Below, piece after piece: positions 22,582-34,031 of a stretch of 64,000 nt of DNA; within the stretch, counting starts at the first letter, position 1; each line of letters starts with the position of its first letter. The notes beneath the pieces are model-generated. The model searched no databases, had not been told where the DNA came from, and saw nothing but the letters and a program-made list of their open reading frames with translations. This DNA comes from an uncultured Armatimonadia bacterium. GTDB lineage: Bacteria; Armatimonadota; Zipacnadia; CAVVLO01. The position numbers and the translations under genes are program-made. The stretch is taken from the NCBI GenBank assembly GCA_963749155.1, contig CAVVLO010000001.1, forward strand, positions 352,001 to 416,000. Reading direction: 5' to 3'.

Positions 22582-24578
22582 ATGAAGTCAACGCTCATCT
22601 CGCTACGCATCGGCACGCCCTTCTGGTTTCCCGAGGAGGGTTGCGAGGGCCTGCTGCGTTCTCTGGCGCCTTACACCCCGCCGCTGGAGGAGGTCGCTCT
22701 CTTCACCAGCTTCACGCACCCACCGGTGCCACTGGAACGACTGCGCACAGTGGCTGACCGCGCCGGCGAAGTAATGCCGCGCTTCCGCGAGCTTGGATTG
22801 CGCGCTGGAATCAACCTGCTTTCGGTCTATGGGCACCTGGACGAGAATCTCGACAACTCGCTTCAAGGCCCTTTCCAGCGGATGATGGACCTCGAGGGCA
22901 ACACCGGCCAGGGGTCTTTCTGCCCGCTCGACCCTGGTCTTCAGGATTACGCCCGGCAAGGGCTTATCGCGCTGGCCAAATCAGCACCTGACTTCATCTG
23001 GATTGACGATGACTTGCGGCTGGAAGGCCACGGCCCCGTCGGATTTGCCTGTTTCTGCGACCGGTGTCTGGCGCGCTTCGGCGAGGAGACCGGCCGTAGC
23101 TGGACTCGCGCAACGCTGAGGCAAGCTTTCGCTGGCCGCGAGAGCCTGCCCCTGCGCCGTGCCTGGCTCGCTCACAACCGCAGTGCTGCTTCGCGGCACA
23201 CTGGAACTCCTCCGCGCTGCCGTGGATGAGGTAAATCCAACTCTCCAGCTTGGCCTGATGAGCGGTGAGGCCACTTACAGCGGACTGGGCTTTGGCGAGT
23301 TGCTTGCGGCGCTTAGTAGCGAAGCCGCAGGCCCTGCCTGCTATCGGCCTGGAGGGGGTTTCTACCAGGACCACTCGCCCACCGACCTCGTGGATAAAGC
23401 CCACGGTATCGGCCGTCAGGTGGCCTTTGCCGGGCCTGCGATACTCAATATCCAGAGCGAGCTTGAGAATTTCCCTTATTGCCGCCTGACCAAAAGCACG
23501 ACTACCGTCTTCAACGAAGTAGCCACCTATATCGCCGCGGGCTGCACGGGCACCGCCCTCAACTTGCTGGGCGGGCTGGATGAGCAGCACGGCCTGGGCG
23601 AGTATGAGGACTACCTGAAGCGGATGGCGGACGTGGCGCCCTTCCTCGCGAAGGAGGTCTCCCTGTTCGGTCGCAGCGCCTGCGAGGGCCTCTGGCCGGC
23701 TCTTACACGTGATGTCTTCGCGGCAACCAATCCGGACGGTGACTGGTTGAACGCCCCTGCCTGGGGGAGCCGCGCCGCCTTCGCGCAGGAGCTTTCTCTT
23801 ATCGGCTTGCCGCTCGCTTATCAACGTGAATCAGCCTCCCTCGCCCTGCTCTCGGGCGATAATGTGCTGGCTTTTTCGAAGGAAGAACTGACTGAACTCC
23901 TCTCTGGGGGGTTGCTGCTGGATGCGCCAGCCCTTGCGCGCCTGCAAGAGCTTGGCCTCGGTGAGCACACAGGCTTCGCCCTTGCTGGACAGCGCGCTGA
24001 TGATACGTTGGAGGTCTTCGGCGATGACGAGTTGAGCGGAGCCTTCCCTGGCTGGGAGCGCGACTGCCGCCAGTCCTTCCGAGCCTGGTGGCAGCCTGGC
24101 TGGCTGCTGGAGCCTCTTTCGCAGGCTGCACGGCCTCTCTCTCGCGCTGTAGATTACGCCGGTAAAGATTATGGGGCGCTCGCGGGAGCCTTCGAAAACA
24201 CCCTTGGCGGGCGCGTGGCAATCCTCGGGTACTACCCCTGGAGCTATCAGCTCTGGCGAGGCTCGAGTGACAGGCTGAAGCGTCTGGCCCGCTGGCTTTC
24301 GCGCGATTCTCTGCCCGCCTGGTGTCGCGAGCCACCACCGGATGCCGCTCTGGGTGAGGCGCGATGAAGAAGGCAGACCGGCGCTTTTTGCCCTGAACGC
24401 CAGCCTTGATGCTGCCGAAGGGTGCCAGATTGCGGTCAAGGCTTCCGGCCCGGCGCGTTTTATTCCGGTCAGTGGAACTGAACAACGCCTGGAGCCAGGC
24501 GTCCAGCAAGGCGGCTATACCTTGTACGAACTGCCTTTGCTTGCGCCCTGGCAACCGGCGCTAGTGGCCTTCGACTAG
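22582..24578 (+). CDS. Hypothetical TIM-barrel hydrolase-like protein with a C-terminal trimerisation-like region; frameshifts near 23185 and 24335
   Basis: FCPLDP, PDFIWIDDDLR, CFCDRC, RPGGGFY.D and ELENFPY motifs spread over three chained ORFs. Confidence 0.65.
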
Positions 24579-24724
24579 CCCTGGCTGTCGGTTGACGGCT
24601 TTGCGGCCCTGAGAATAATATAGAACTCGCTTTGTTTGCAGTTCGACCTGGACAGTCTCGATCTCGCCTGGCCCATCTGATGCAGTGAAGTCGATCGGAT
24701 TTTTCCGCTGGAAAGGGAGATAAA

Positions 24725-25705
24725 ATGCAGAACTTAAAATTCGGCGCCTGTTTGCCGACCTTTGATTCATGCGCTGACAGGTATTGCCTGTCCGGTTATG
24801 GGCCGAAAAGAAGCCTGGACGAGATGTTCGAACGGGCATCCCAGGTAAAAGCTCTCACCGGGGTTGAACTGGTCGGAAACTGGCATCTCAACGACGATAA
24901 CTTCGAGCATATTAAGCAGACACTTGCCAGATACAACCTCGAAGTCAGTATGATGGTGCCCGACCTCTGGACGCAGGCCAAGTGGGGGAAGGGCTCCTTC
25001 GCCTCGAAGGACGCGAAGGTCAGGAAAGAAGCGGTCAAGGAAGTCACCAAAGTCATGGATATGGCGGCCGACATAGGCTGCGACAAGGTGGATGTGTGGC
25101 TGGGCCAGGATGGGTTCGACTACTCCTTCCAGTCTGACTATGTTGAAGACTGGAATAATATCGTGGAGTGCACAAAAGAGTGCGCAGCTCACCGGCGCGA
25201 CATCAAGGTCTGCATCGAATACAAGCTGAAAGAACCTAGGTCGCACTGCTATGTAGACTCGGCGGCGAAATCTCTGTTGCTCATCAACGAGGTCCAGCAG
25301 GAGAACGTAGGGATACTGCTCGATGTGGGCCATTCGATTGCAGCAGGTGAGAACCCGGCGGAGGCAGCCGCCCTGATCAGCAGATACAAGAACAAGCTGT
25401 TCTACATACATCTCAACGATAACTACAGGTCCTGGGACGATGACCTGATGTTCGGTTCCGTAAATACCATCACGCTGCTCGAGTTTATGTACTGGCTGGA
25501 CGAGCTAGGGTACGATGACTATTACACGCTCGACATTTTCCCTTACAGGGAAGATGGGATTCGGGCCGCGGAAGAATCCATCGAGTGGGTTAAAGGAATG
25601 AAACGCCTGCTCGACAGGATGGGAAGAGAGACCATAAAAGAGGTTCTGCAGTCAGGCGATGCGACCGAGGCCATGAGGCTGATCCGCGAAGCTATCTGTG
25701 CATAA
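24725..25705 (+). CDS. Xylose-isomerase-like TIM-barrel sugar isomerase (resembles the D-apiose/L-rhamnose isomerase-like group)
   Basis: W.GQDGFDY, IEYK.KEPR, LDVGH, HLNDN...WDDD and LDIFPYRE metal-binding motifs. Confidence 0.85.
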   Translation: MQNLKFGACLPTFDSCADRYCLSGYGPKRSLDEMFERASQVKALTGVELVGNWHLNDDNFEHIKQTLARYNLEVSMMVPDLWTQAKWGKGSFASKDAKVRKEAVKEVTKVMDMAADIGCDKVDVWLGQDGFDYSFQSDYVEDWNNIVECTKECAAHRRDIKVCIEYKLKEPRSHCYVDSAAKSLLLINEVQQENVGILLDVGHSIAAGENPAEAAALISRYKNKLFYIHLNDNYRSWDDDLMFGSVNTITLLEFMYWLDELGYDDYYTLDIFPYREDGIRAAEESIEWVKGMKRLLDRMGRETIKEVLQSGDATEAMRLIREAICA

Positions 25706-26417
25706 TGTGATCAGGGAGACCAGGATGTACAACGAGAAAGACCTTGAGGAAGTAGTAGCCGGTGTCATTAAGAAATGCATCCCGGACCTGGGGCAGACGC
25801 CCAACGTTCATCCCAGGGCGAAGATATTCGAGATAGGCAGGCTTATCTATGACAGGAACCTGTCTGATGCGGCGGGGGGCAACCTGAGCTGCCGTCATGC
25901 GGGGAAAATCTACCTGACCCCCCGCTATATGGGGGAGCAGCACCGTTATAACGTGCAGCATGACGAGATCATATCAACCAACCTGGATGGCTCGATTGTT
26001 GAAGGCGATGCCGCAATGGTAACCCGGGAGGGCTCCGCCCACTATGCGGTGTACAGGAAATACCCCCAGGTAAACGGCATCATCCATGCCCACCCGAGGA
26101 ACATCCTTCCCTTCGCGACGGTCGGTGTCACGATCCCTCCGATAACCGAGATGCTGGAACACTTCGGCGTCGGCGAGATAGAGATATGCGAGCGGGCCGA
26201 TCCGGCAACCCCCAGACTCGCAGAGACGGTATTAGATTACCTGAGCAGGAAAGAGGAGGCGTTGAACAGGTTCGGAGCAGCGGTTATGATTCCCAAGCAC
26301 GGCATACTGGTGGCTGGGAAGGACCTTGACTACGCCTATGCAATACTCGAAAGCATAGAGACTGCAGCCTATGTCTATATGCATTCGTGCATCCTGAAGG
26401 GCATATGTAAAATCTGA
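25698..26417 (+). CDS. Class II aldolase/adducin-family protein
   Basis: GGNLS.R, TP, REG..H..VY, IIHAHP and KHG.LV.G motifs; overlaps the isomerase stop; the true start may be the ATG near 25725. Confidence 0.88.
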   Translation: MHNVIRETRMYNEKDLEEVVAGVIKKCIPDLGQTPNVHPRAKIFEIGRLIYDRNLSDAAGGNLSCRHAGKIYLTPRYMGEQHRYNVQHDEIISTNLDGSIVEGDAAMVTREGSAHYAVYRKYPQVNGIIHAHPRNILPFATVGVTIPPITEMLEHFGVGEIEICERADPATPRLAETVLDYLSRKEEALNRFGAAVMIPKHGILVAGKDLDYAYAILESIETAAYVYMHSCILKGICKI

Positions 26418-26428
26418 TATTTCTCTTC

Positions 26429-26463
26429 GGCCCCTGGAGCCAGGCGCTCCGGGGGCCTCTTCT
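26429..26463. terminator. GC hairpin between convergent genes, probable terminator
   Basis: GGCCCCTGGAGC pairs with GCTCCGGGGGCC, followed by TCTTCTT. Confidence 0.55.
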
Positions 26464-26468
26464 TGCGA

Positions 26469-27992
26469 CTAGTCTTCTGTTGACGGTGGAGAAGCAGCTT
26501 CCTCAGCGGTCCTGGTAGCCTGTCTCAGGCCGCTATGCCGCGCTCCGTAGAGGAAGTATATAACCAGGCCGATAAGCAGCCAGACGCCCAGTCGCACCCA
26601 GTTAACGGTGGGTAGTGACAGCATCAAGGTCAGGCAGAAAAGCACGCCCATAATCGGCACGAAAGGCACCCAGGGGCAGCGGAAGGGCCGCGCCGCATCG
26701 GGGTCTCTCTTCCTCATCACCAGCACCGCCACGCACACGACCAGGAAGGCCAGCAGCGTGCCGATGTTGACCAGCTCCGCCAGTATGCGCAGTGGAAGCA
26801 CAGCCGCCAGCAGGCAGACCACCAGCCCGTTCAGCAGAGTGCCCTTCCAGGGGGTGCGAAACTTTTCGTGCACCGCTCCAAAGAATCGCTTCGGCAATAG
26901 CCCATCGCGCGCCATCGCGAGCATCACGCGCGGCTGGCCCAGCATCAGCGCGAGCAGCACTGTTGTGATTCCGACCACCGCGCCGACCGCTATCAGCATC
27001 TGCGCCCAGGGCAGCCCCACCTGGGCAAAAGCCTCTGCGACAGGGGCGCCGAGGTCCATCTGACTAGCTGGCACCATCCCTGTCAGCACGACGGTTACGG
27101 CCACATAAAGCACCGTGCAGATAAGCAGCGAACCAATAATCCCAATTGGCACGTCGCGCTGAGGATTACGCGCCTCTTCCGAATGCGCAGACACCGTGTC
27201 GAAGCCGATATAAGCATAGAAGGCGATCGCAGCTCCCGCGAGCATACCGACAGGTACCCCTTCGCTGCCCGCCTGGCCCAGGGTGAATCCAAAGATGGAC
27301 AGGCCGCCCCAGCCAAAGGGGGCAAAGGGATGCCAGTTGGCCGGGTCGATATAGAAGACACCGACCACGATGACAAACACCACCACGGCCAGCTTGAACA
27401 GCACCATCACATTGTTGACCAGGGTGCTCTCGCGGATGCCCTTTACCAGTAGTAGCGTTAGCACAACGATTATCAGCACAGCCGGCAGGTCGATAATCTG
27501 GCCAGTGCCAAAGATATAACCTGTGGCAGGTTCCATATCTATTGGCGGGCCTGCCAGCGACTCAGGGATTATGATGCCGAGCGATTCCAGCAGGTTGCGC
27601 GCGTAACTCGACCAGCCGCTCGCTACCGAGGCCGCCGCGACTGTGTATTCGAGCAGCAGATCCCAGCCGATAATCCAGGCGAACAACTCGCCCAATGTGG
27701 CGTAGGAATACGTATACGCCGAACCCGCCACCGGCACCATCGAAGCGAATTCCGCATAGCACAGCGCCGCCAGAGCGCATGCCGTGCCGGCCACCACGTA
27801 GGAGAGGGAGAGCGCTGGGCCTGCTTTGTCATGCGCGGCAACGCCTGTCATTACGAAGATGCCTGCCCCGATGATGCACCCAATGCCCAGGCTGATAAGC
27901 GCCCAGGAGGTGAGTACTCGCTTAAGGCGATGATCGCCCGCTTCCTCCGCGAGCAATTGAGCTACTGGCTTCCTGGCGAAGAGGTTACTCAT
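26469..27992 (-). CDS. APC-superfamily amino acid permease (cationic amino acid transporter-like)
   Basis: LGIG.IIGAGIFV.TG, ALCYAEFASM.PVAGSAYTY, FYAYIGFD and AMARDGLLP motifs. Confidence 0.95.
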   Translation of the reverse strand: MSNLFARKPVAQLLAEEAGDHRLKRVLTSWALISLGIGCIIGAGIFVMTGVAAHDKAGPALSLSYVVAGTACALAALCYAEFASMVPVAGSAYTYSYATLGELFAWIIGWDLLLEYTVAAASVASGWSSYARNLLESLGIIIPESLAGPPIDMEPATGYIFGTGQIIDLPAVLIIVVLTLLLVKGIRESTLVNNVMVLFKLAVVVFVIVVGVFYIDPANWHPFAPFGWGGLSIFGFTLGQAGSEGVPVGMLAGAAIAFYAYIGFDTVSAHSEEARNPQRDVPIGIIGSLLICTVLYVAVTVVLTGMVPASQMDLGAPVAEAFAQVGLPWAQMLIAVGAVVGITTVLLALMLGQPRVMLAMARDGLLPKRFFGAVHEKFRTPWKGTLLNGLVVCLLAAVLPLRILAELVNIGTLLAFLVVCVAVLVMRKRDPDAARPFRCPWVPFVPIMGVLFCLTLMLSLPTVNWVRLGVWLLIGLVIYFLYGARHSGLRQATRTAEEAASPPSTED

Positions 27993-28075
27993 GCTGTGTC
28001 CCCCCGGAACAGCTACCTGACCAGCTAACGAGCCTGATGGGTATTAGCGAAAAGTCACTCTCCTCCTGCCCGGTT

Positions 28076-29593
28076 TTAGTCACTCCCCGCAGTGGATATT
28101 GCTGCCAGGGGCGCACCTGCCTCAGCAAGTTCATCCAGCGTCAGAAAGTCTGTATCGTTGTAGGCTGCTGCAAGCGCTTCCTGGGGGTTCCACACGCCAT
28201 CTGCTACATAAGGGCCTGTCCAGGTGCAGAACCACAGCCAGCGCGCCTCAAGCACCCGCATCGTCTCTGGGCTTGGAATGGTGCCATTCTCGGTCATTGC
28301 CACTAGCTTCTGGCCACCGAAGGTGGTCTGCAACTCATCCCATTCGCCCGAGCCTGCAGCTGCCGATGCTCCCCCTTCTTTATATTGGTCCCAGCCCACG
28401 ATGTCCACCACATCATCACCTGGATACCAGTCTGGTTGGCTCGGGCCATTGCTCAGTACCCAGATCAGGTTGTGTAGCCCGTGATGCACTGTGAGGCGTT
28501 CATAAAGCAGTCGCCAGAGCTTTACGAAGGGTTCTGGGCCTTTGGCGCCCCACCAGAACCATCTGCCGGAGGCCTCATGCAGCGGCCTGAATAGCACCGG
28601 CACCTTCGCATCACTCAGCTTGCGCAACTCCTCCGCGATCGCATCGATATCTCTTAACAGCAACTGATAACGCTCCGAATCCGGGTCCGCCAGTGCTGCT
28701 GCTACATCAAAGGTCGTCGCTTTGGTGTAAAAACCTGCCCACCATTCTTTACCGGGTTCATCTAGCAGGTCCGCAGGCGCGTTCCAGTGCCAGCTCAGGG
28801 CTACCAGCCCTTGGCGACCCCAAAGCACTGCCTGCTCGGTCATCTCGCCTGGATTCGCCCCGCGCTCTCTGCGTGAAGGGGAGTAGTCCATGAAGTCATA
28901 ACTGCGCAGTGCCGGCTGTTTGCCTGTTGCTTCCAGGATGAGATTGAGCTCCTTGTCACCGCCCATCTGCTGGCCTGTGATGGTGTAGCTGCCATAGATA
29001 CTCTGAAGCCACGTAAAAAGCGCCTTTGCCTCGGGTGAGGCGTCTGGATCACCTAGCTCACTCTTCACAGGCAGGGGGGCCTTCACTTCGACCTTAGTGA
29101 GCCGAAGTTGGTCTACGTTGTACCAGCCCCATCCTTGGTTGATGCGAAGGGTATGCAGGCCTGCTGATAAGGCGAGTTTACCTGCTGAGGTTTCGGCCCA
29201 CTTGCCCTCTGCAGTCTGTTCGAACAGCCCCCCACCCGCGCCTTGTCCATCTACGGCCAGGTCGAAGCCTTTTTCCCCAAAGGGGGAAGCATAACGTATC
29301 ACCACTTGCCAGACGCCTTTGATGGGTACTTCGATGTCCACTTCCACCGCATCTGAGGCGGAATCGAAGCTTGTCACATAACCTGTCCCGCAGTAGCCAG
29401 CAAGGGCAGTGTCGACCTCGGTGCCAATCAGCCGCCCCGATTCGAATTCGGCTAGTAGCGCCTCAGACTGTGCCCACCCCTGGAGGTTGGGCAAGATTAG
29501 AAACCCACAGAGGCCAAGAAGCCTTAGAGCATGTCTCCAGACTGGTTTTGATTCAGGCTCTGAGGAGGACCGAAAGCTCAGTTGATTTTTCAA
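28076..29593 (-). CDS. GH26 beta-mannanase with an N-terminal CBM35
   Basis: GY.GTGYV and GWGWY.VD (CBM35); SWHW.AP, FRPLHEASG.WFWWG, WYPGDD.VD and TENG (GH26); start uncertain. Confidence 0.92.
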   Translation of the reverse strand: MKNQLSFRSSSEPESKPVWRHALRLLGLCGFLILPNLQGWAQSEALLAEFESGRLIGTEVDTALAGYCGTGYVTSFDSASDAVEVDIEVPIKGVWQVVIRYASPFGEKGFDLAVDGQGAGGGLFEQTAEGKWAETSAGKLALSAGLHTLRINQGWGWYNVDQLRLTKVEVKAPLPVKSELGDPDASPEAKALFTWLQSIYGSYTITGQQMGGDKELNLILEATGKQPALRSYDFMDYSPSRRERGANPGEMTEQAVLWGRQGLVALSWHWNAPADLLDEPGKEWWAGFYTKATTFDVAAALADPDSERYQLLLRDIDAIAEELRKLSDAKVPVLFRPLHEASGRWFWWGAKGPEPFVKLWRLLYERLTVHHGLHNLIWVLSNGPSQPDWYPGDDVVDIVGWDQYKEGGASAAAGSGEWDELQTTFGGQKLVAMTENGTIPSPETMRVLEARWLWFCTWTGPYVADGVWNPQEALAAAYNDTDFLTLDELAEAGAPLAAISTAGSD

Positions 29594-29684
29594 ACGGCAT
29601 CACTAGTGTAGAAAAATTGCCAGACACATAAAGTGGCCGGGATCTGGGAAAGGATTAGCTCCAATCGGCGCGAATCCTGCTGCT

Positions 29685-30765
29685 ATGGTCAAGCTGACGA
29701 AACGAGAGCGCGTAATGCGCACGATGCGGTTCGAGGAAACCGACCGCCCACCGCTGTATGACATCTTCCAGAACGATGCCATCATCGAGCATTACTCGGG
29801 CGGCAAGTTCGCCCCAGGCAACGGCGCGCGCCTGACAGGCCTGGCGGTTGGCGCCGTGCTGGATATGACCAGGATGGCCAACGGCCCAATCGAGAATCCA
29901 GGCACGGTAGCGACGCCCGATGGCTGGGAGCATCGCTCCGAGCGCTGGACCTATTGGGTCACCAAACGACCTTTCAACGACGAGGCAAGCTGCGCGGAGT
30001 TCATCAAGCAGCAAATCCAGCACTTCTCGCAGGTTGAGCACGGCCAGGCGACCCGCGACCAGTTTCATGCCTATCTGCGCGAGCGCGAAGCCTGCTTCAT
30101 CGAAGGCGATCCTGACGGCGATCCGACGGTGCAGATTGTCGAAAGCCTGCCAGGCCTCACCCATGTCTACAGCACGGCTACCCACGAGCTCCTGGCCTAT
30201 CTGCTTGCCGACCAGCCAGGGCTTATCGAAGAGTGGATGGAAGCCCTCACCCAGGCGGAGCTCAAACGCATCGACGCCATCGCCGATCCGGAGCTAATCC
30301 CGCTTGCCCTCACCGCCGACGACCTGGCCTTCAAGACCAGCCTGCTCCTGTCGCCCACGTGGCTCAGGCAGGTGTTTATGCCGCGATTCAAACGCCTCAA
30401 CGACGCCTGGCATGAGCGCGGCGCGCTGTGTATCTTCCACTCGGACGGCAATCTCTGGCCGATTATGGACGACCTCATCGCCGCCGGAATCGATGGTCTG
30501 AATCCGCTGGAGCGCCTTGCGGATATGCATCCGCGCGAGTTACGGCAGGCCTACCCCAACCTGGTACTCACCGGGGGGATAGACGTCAGCCAATTGCTTA
30601 CTTTCGGCAGCGTGGCAGAAGTGCGAGAGGCGGTGCTGGACGCCATCGAGGCGACCGACGGCGTGAGGTTACTTCCTCGGCAGCACCACCGAACTGCACT
30701 GGGATGTCAACCTGCAGAACGCCATCACAATGTTCGACACTGTGAAGAACTGGCGCAGGGGGTAG
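29685..30765 (+). CDS. URO-D/MtaA-CmuA superfamily protein; frameshift near 30665
   Basis: LTKRERV..T..F.E.DRPP, DDLA.K..L..SP, FHSDGN, GIDGLNPLE and GGIDVS; the corrected tail GYFLGSTTELHWDVNLQNAITMFDTVKNWRRG ends at TAG 30763-30765. Confidence 0.85.
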
Positions 30766-30837
30766 TATCCCCTGCACCCCTTTTAGGCCTTCGGCGCGAA
30801 GCGAATCCGGGGGGTGTGGGGGCAACTTGCCCCCGCG
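30754..30837. repeat. Inverted doublet of REP-like family A (GGGGTGYRGGGG-loop-CCCCYRCG)
   Basis: CGCAGGGGGTAGTATCCCCTGCACCCC...GGCCTTCGGCGC followed by the opposite-orientation GGGGTGTGGGGGCAACTTGCCCCCGCG. Confidence 0.8.
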
Positions 30838-30847
30838 CTTGTCCGTC

Positions 30848-32528
30848 TTAATCCACCGCCACGCCTGCTGCCTCTCCCAGCCCTTCCACATACTGCGGCC
30901 AGGTGGAGAGTTGCAGTTCCACCGAACCCTCGGTCACTGAAAGTGGCCGCTCCCGCCCCTGCCAGTCAGTGAGGGTGACCTGCTGGACGCCTGGGAGGTT
31001 CACTTTTACCGGCCGCTTGAGGTCTAGCGCTGACCCCGCGTGCGCTGCTTCACCGAGCTTGGAGCCGTCTGCTCGCGCGCCTGCGATAAGCTCTTCGGGA
31101 GTCACTTCTGTCACCCACCCAACCAGCAGCGGATCGTCCTCTGGGCCGAAGAGATAGAGCCGCACGGCGCTGTCCGGGTGCGCGAGTCGCCTGAGGAAGG
31201 GCCTCCCCCCGACCGCGCGCGTTGAACTGGGCATACGCGACATACGCTGGCCTTGGCGAGTAGTCGAATCCCACCAGCCCGAAGTTGTGTTCGTTCTCGA
31301 CTGGGTTCGCGCCATCACACAGGAAGTCATAATAGAACACTCGCGCGTAATCGTCCGGCATCGCCGCTACCAGCAGCGCCATCCGCGCCGCCTGCTGCGC
31401 CTGGCCTGCCAGGCCGACCGCGTTACTCGGCCAGCCGAGTTCGGTAATCCAGAGGCCTGGCCGTTTCGCCAAGCCGCGCGCCTGCTGGATATCCGACGCG
31501 AAGGTGCCAGTAAGCCCCTGCGCCAGGTCCAGTGAGGCCCGAGGCACCGGCGCGCCTTCGGTCGGGTACCCGACATCGCAAGTCGAGGGACTGGTGTACG
31601 GGTGGACGCTGAAACTGTCCATCCACGCCGCCCCGCCCACCTCGCGCAGCGCGGGTATATACCAGCTTGCCCAGCCGCCCGGCGCGGCGCCCGCCACGCC
31701 GACTACGAAGGCGTCCGGATTACCAGCCTTCACGCCTTCGAAGCCCGCCTTCACGATGACCGGGTATTGGTCGGGGGACAGCACTGAGAAGCCGTTTGGC
31801 TCGTTCCACAGCTCGAAATGGTCTACCGTCCCTGCCAGCGTCCGCGCAACGAATTCGGCGTAGCGTCCATAGGCTTCGGCTTCCTCCGGGGTGGCATGTG
31901 GATAGAGTGGATTATCATAAGCAAGGATGGCCAGCGTGCTGATACCAAGCTCCTTCAGCCGCTTGTATGCCGCCACGTTGTAACTCGGTAGCGAATACTG
32001 CCCCTGCTGCTGCTCGACGCCGATCCAGTAGATGCTGTCCCTCATCCAGCGCAAGCCTGCCAGCCGCATCAGCTCGGGGATAGTGGTGATATCGCCCTGC
32101 CCGTGATCGAAGTGGAAACACGCGCCGAAGGGGCTGTCCTCTGCGCCCTGGGCCTGCTGCCGCGCGGTCAGAGGACGCAGCACCGCCCAGCCCTGGGTGA
32201 GCACTGACTCCTCCCCCTCGACCTGCACTTGCACCTCATACCAGCCGAAATCCGGTGGCTTCAGGAAGAACCCAAGCGGCTTCTCGGTGTCTCGCTGGGT
32301 GGCTACCCGCACCTTCTGTTCGTCCACGACCTGCCCGAAGGCGTCCACCAGGCGCGCCTCGACGGCAAGCGGCTCGGAGAAGCTCGTCAGCCTCACCTGC
32401 ACGGGCAGCGATTGAACGCCCACAATTGCGCGCAGCGCCTGTGCCTGCCCCAATTCCAGCCTGCCCTGCGCCCAGGCGGGCAGCGAGAACAGTCCTCCCA
32501 GCACCAGTGTCAGCATTAGCCACTTCAT
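30848..32528 (-). CDS. Secreted clan GH-A (GH39/GH5-like) glycoside hydrolase; frameshift near 31230
   Basis: Signal peptide; W.RD...W..VE...G.Y, FELWNEPN, SVHPY, WITELGW and E.NFGL...D.SPRPAY motifs. Confidence 0.8.
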
Positions 32529-32533
32529 AGTCG

Positions 32534-33839
32534 CTACTCCCCTTGGGCCACGATGTCCGGCGGCAGGCTGATTGCCCCGCCGTTCTTCTGAAGGCGCAAC
32601 TCGCCCTCTACCTTTAGATCGCGCGCCTCGATGGTACCCTCGTCCTCGGTTAGCAGCAGCAGATTACCGAGCTTGCAGTACTCCAGCACTGCCTGCCCCC
32701 TGCCATAAACGCCAACCTGCCCGATGATACCCAGCCCTTCATCGAAGCGCCCTACAGTGGCGTTCTTTAGCTGCAGGAAAGCCTCGCTTGCGGTCCCTTT
32801 CCGCCCGACATCCACGGTCGTTGCTGTCGTCTGGGCGTTGTAAGTGCCCTCGTCACCGACCAGCGCGACCTTGCCCTCGAAAACAAACAGCTCGCATATC
32901 AGCGTCGGCCCTCGTCAGGATGAAATCGGTCTTCGGCCCATAGAGATACACGCCCCAGGTGCCGATGCCCGCCGGCTTGTCCTCGGTGCGGAAAGTAACG
33001 TTGGCCACCTTCAGACTGGTATTTGGCGTGACAAGCGGCATCGCTTCGCCCGAGGCGAGGGGATTCCACTTGCAGGGCAGCCAGGCCTCGCCGACCAGAT
33101 CGCCTCCAAGCAGAGCCGGTATCAAACTTGGACAGTCGCGCAGCACCAGCTCGGTCTCAGGTCCGCCTGTCGCCAGCCAGTTCACGAAGAGGAACCACAG
33201 GGGCACCTTAACTTGCTCCAGCCGGCAGCGGTACTGCGCCCCAGGCAAGTTGGAGGCATCGAGAGTGCGATTCAGCGGTTGATCAACCGGCAAGTCCAGC
33301 ACCCCTCTGCCGCCCGTGGCGAAGACATTCAGCGCGATGTTGAATTCGCTGTCTTTGATGATCGCATCGCCGTAGCCGGTCAGGATTACACTGTCAGGAT
33401 TGGGCCCCTGCACGAGCCGGGTCGCCCTGAGCCTTGCCCCGGGCTTCTCCCAGCCGAAGGTGATGCCATAACTGTAACGGATGGTCGTGTCGGTCGCCCG
33501 CCAGGTGCCGTGGTTGAGGCTGAAGATGGTCTGCGCGATGACACCGGATTGCTGCGTGCCACCGATAGTGGTGTTCTCGGTGACCAAGAGCCCGCCCTCG
33601 AGCTTAACTGTGTGCTGGCGCGCATAGCTTCCGACGATCTCGACCACGGAATCCTTGATTATCAACTCCCCACCCGGCTGGATGATGAGGTCGCCCTCGA
33701 CGAGGTAATGCCCTCCGAGCCAGAAAGTCCGCTCCGAGATGACTACATCGCCCTCATAACGCACCTCTCGCAGTCCATCTGCCTGCGCCCAGACCAGCCC
33801 GGCAAAGGCCACGAGCATTACCAGCAGGAAACTCTTCAT
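32534..33839 (-). CDS. Secreted hypothetical protein, beta-solenoid-like; frameshift near 32915
   Basis: GGAGG RBS and signal peptide MKSFLLVMLVAFAGLVWA; beta-rich repetitive GDLIIQPGGELIIKDS pattern; joins ORF 32534-32815. Confidence 0.65.
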
Positions 33840-33925
33840 CAGATTGCCTCCACCAGTGTAGTTTTCTACTAGTTCGACGCTGGCTGGGCGATTCCCCACT
33901 TATTCTGCACCATCAAACTTGCTCT

Positions 33926-33971
33926 GCGCCGAAGGCCTGGAATCGGGGTGCAGGGGCGCTGTGCCCCTGCG
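33926..33971 (+). repeat. REP-like family A copy
   Basis: GCGCCGAAGGCCTGGAATCGGGGTGCAGGGGCGCTGTGCCCCTGCG matches the copies at 30754 (reverse) and 45140. Confidence 0.8.
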
Positions 33972-34031
33972 CAGGTAATCAGGCCTTCCCGCCGAATCTC
34001 TGCCCTAGCCTGATCCAGAGGAGCGACCACT

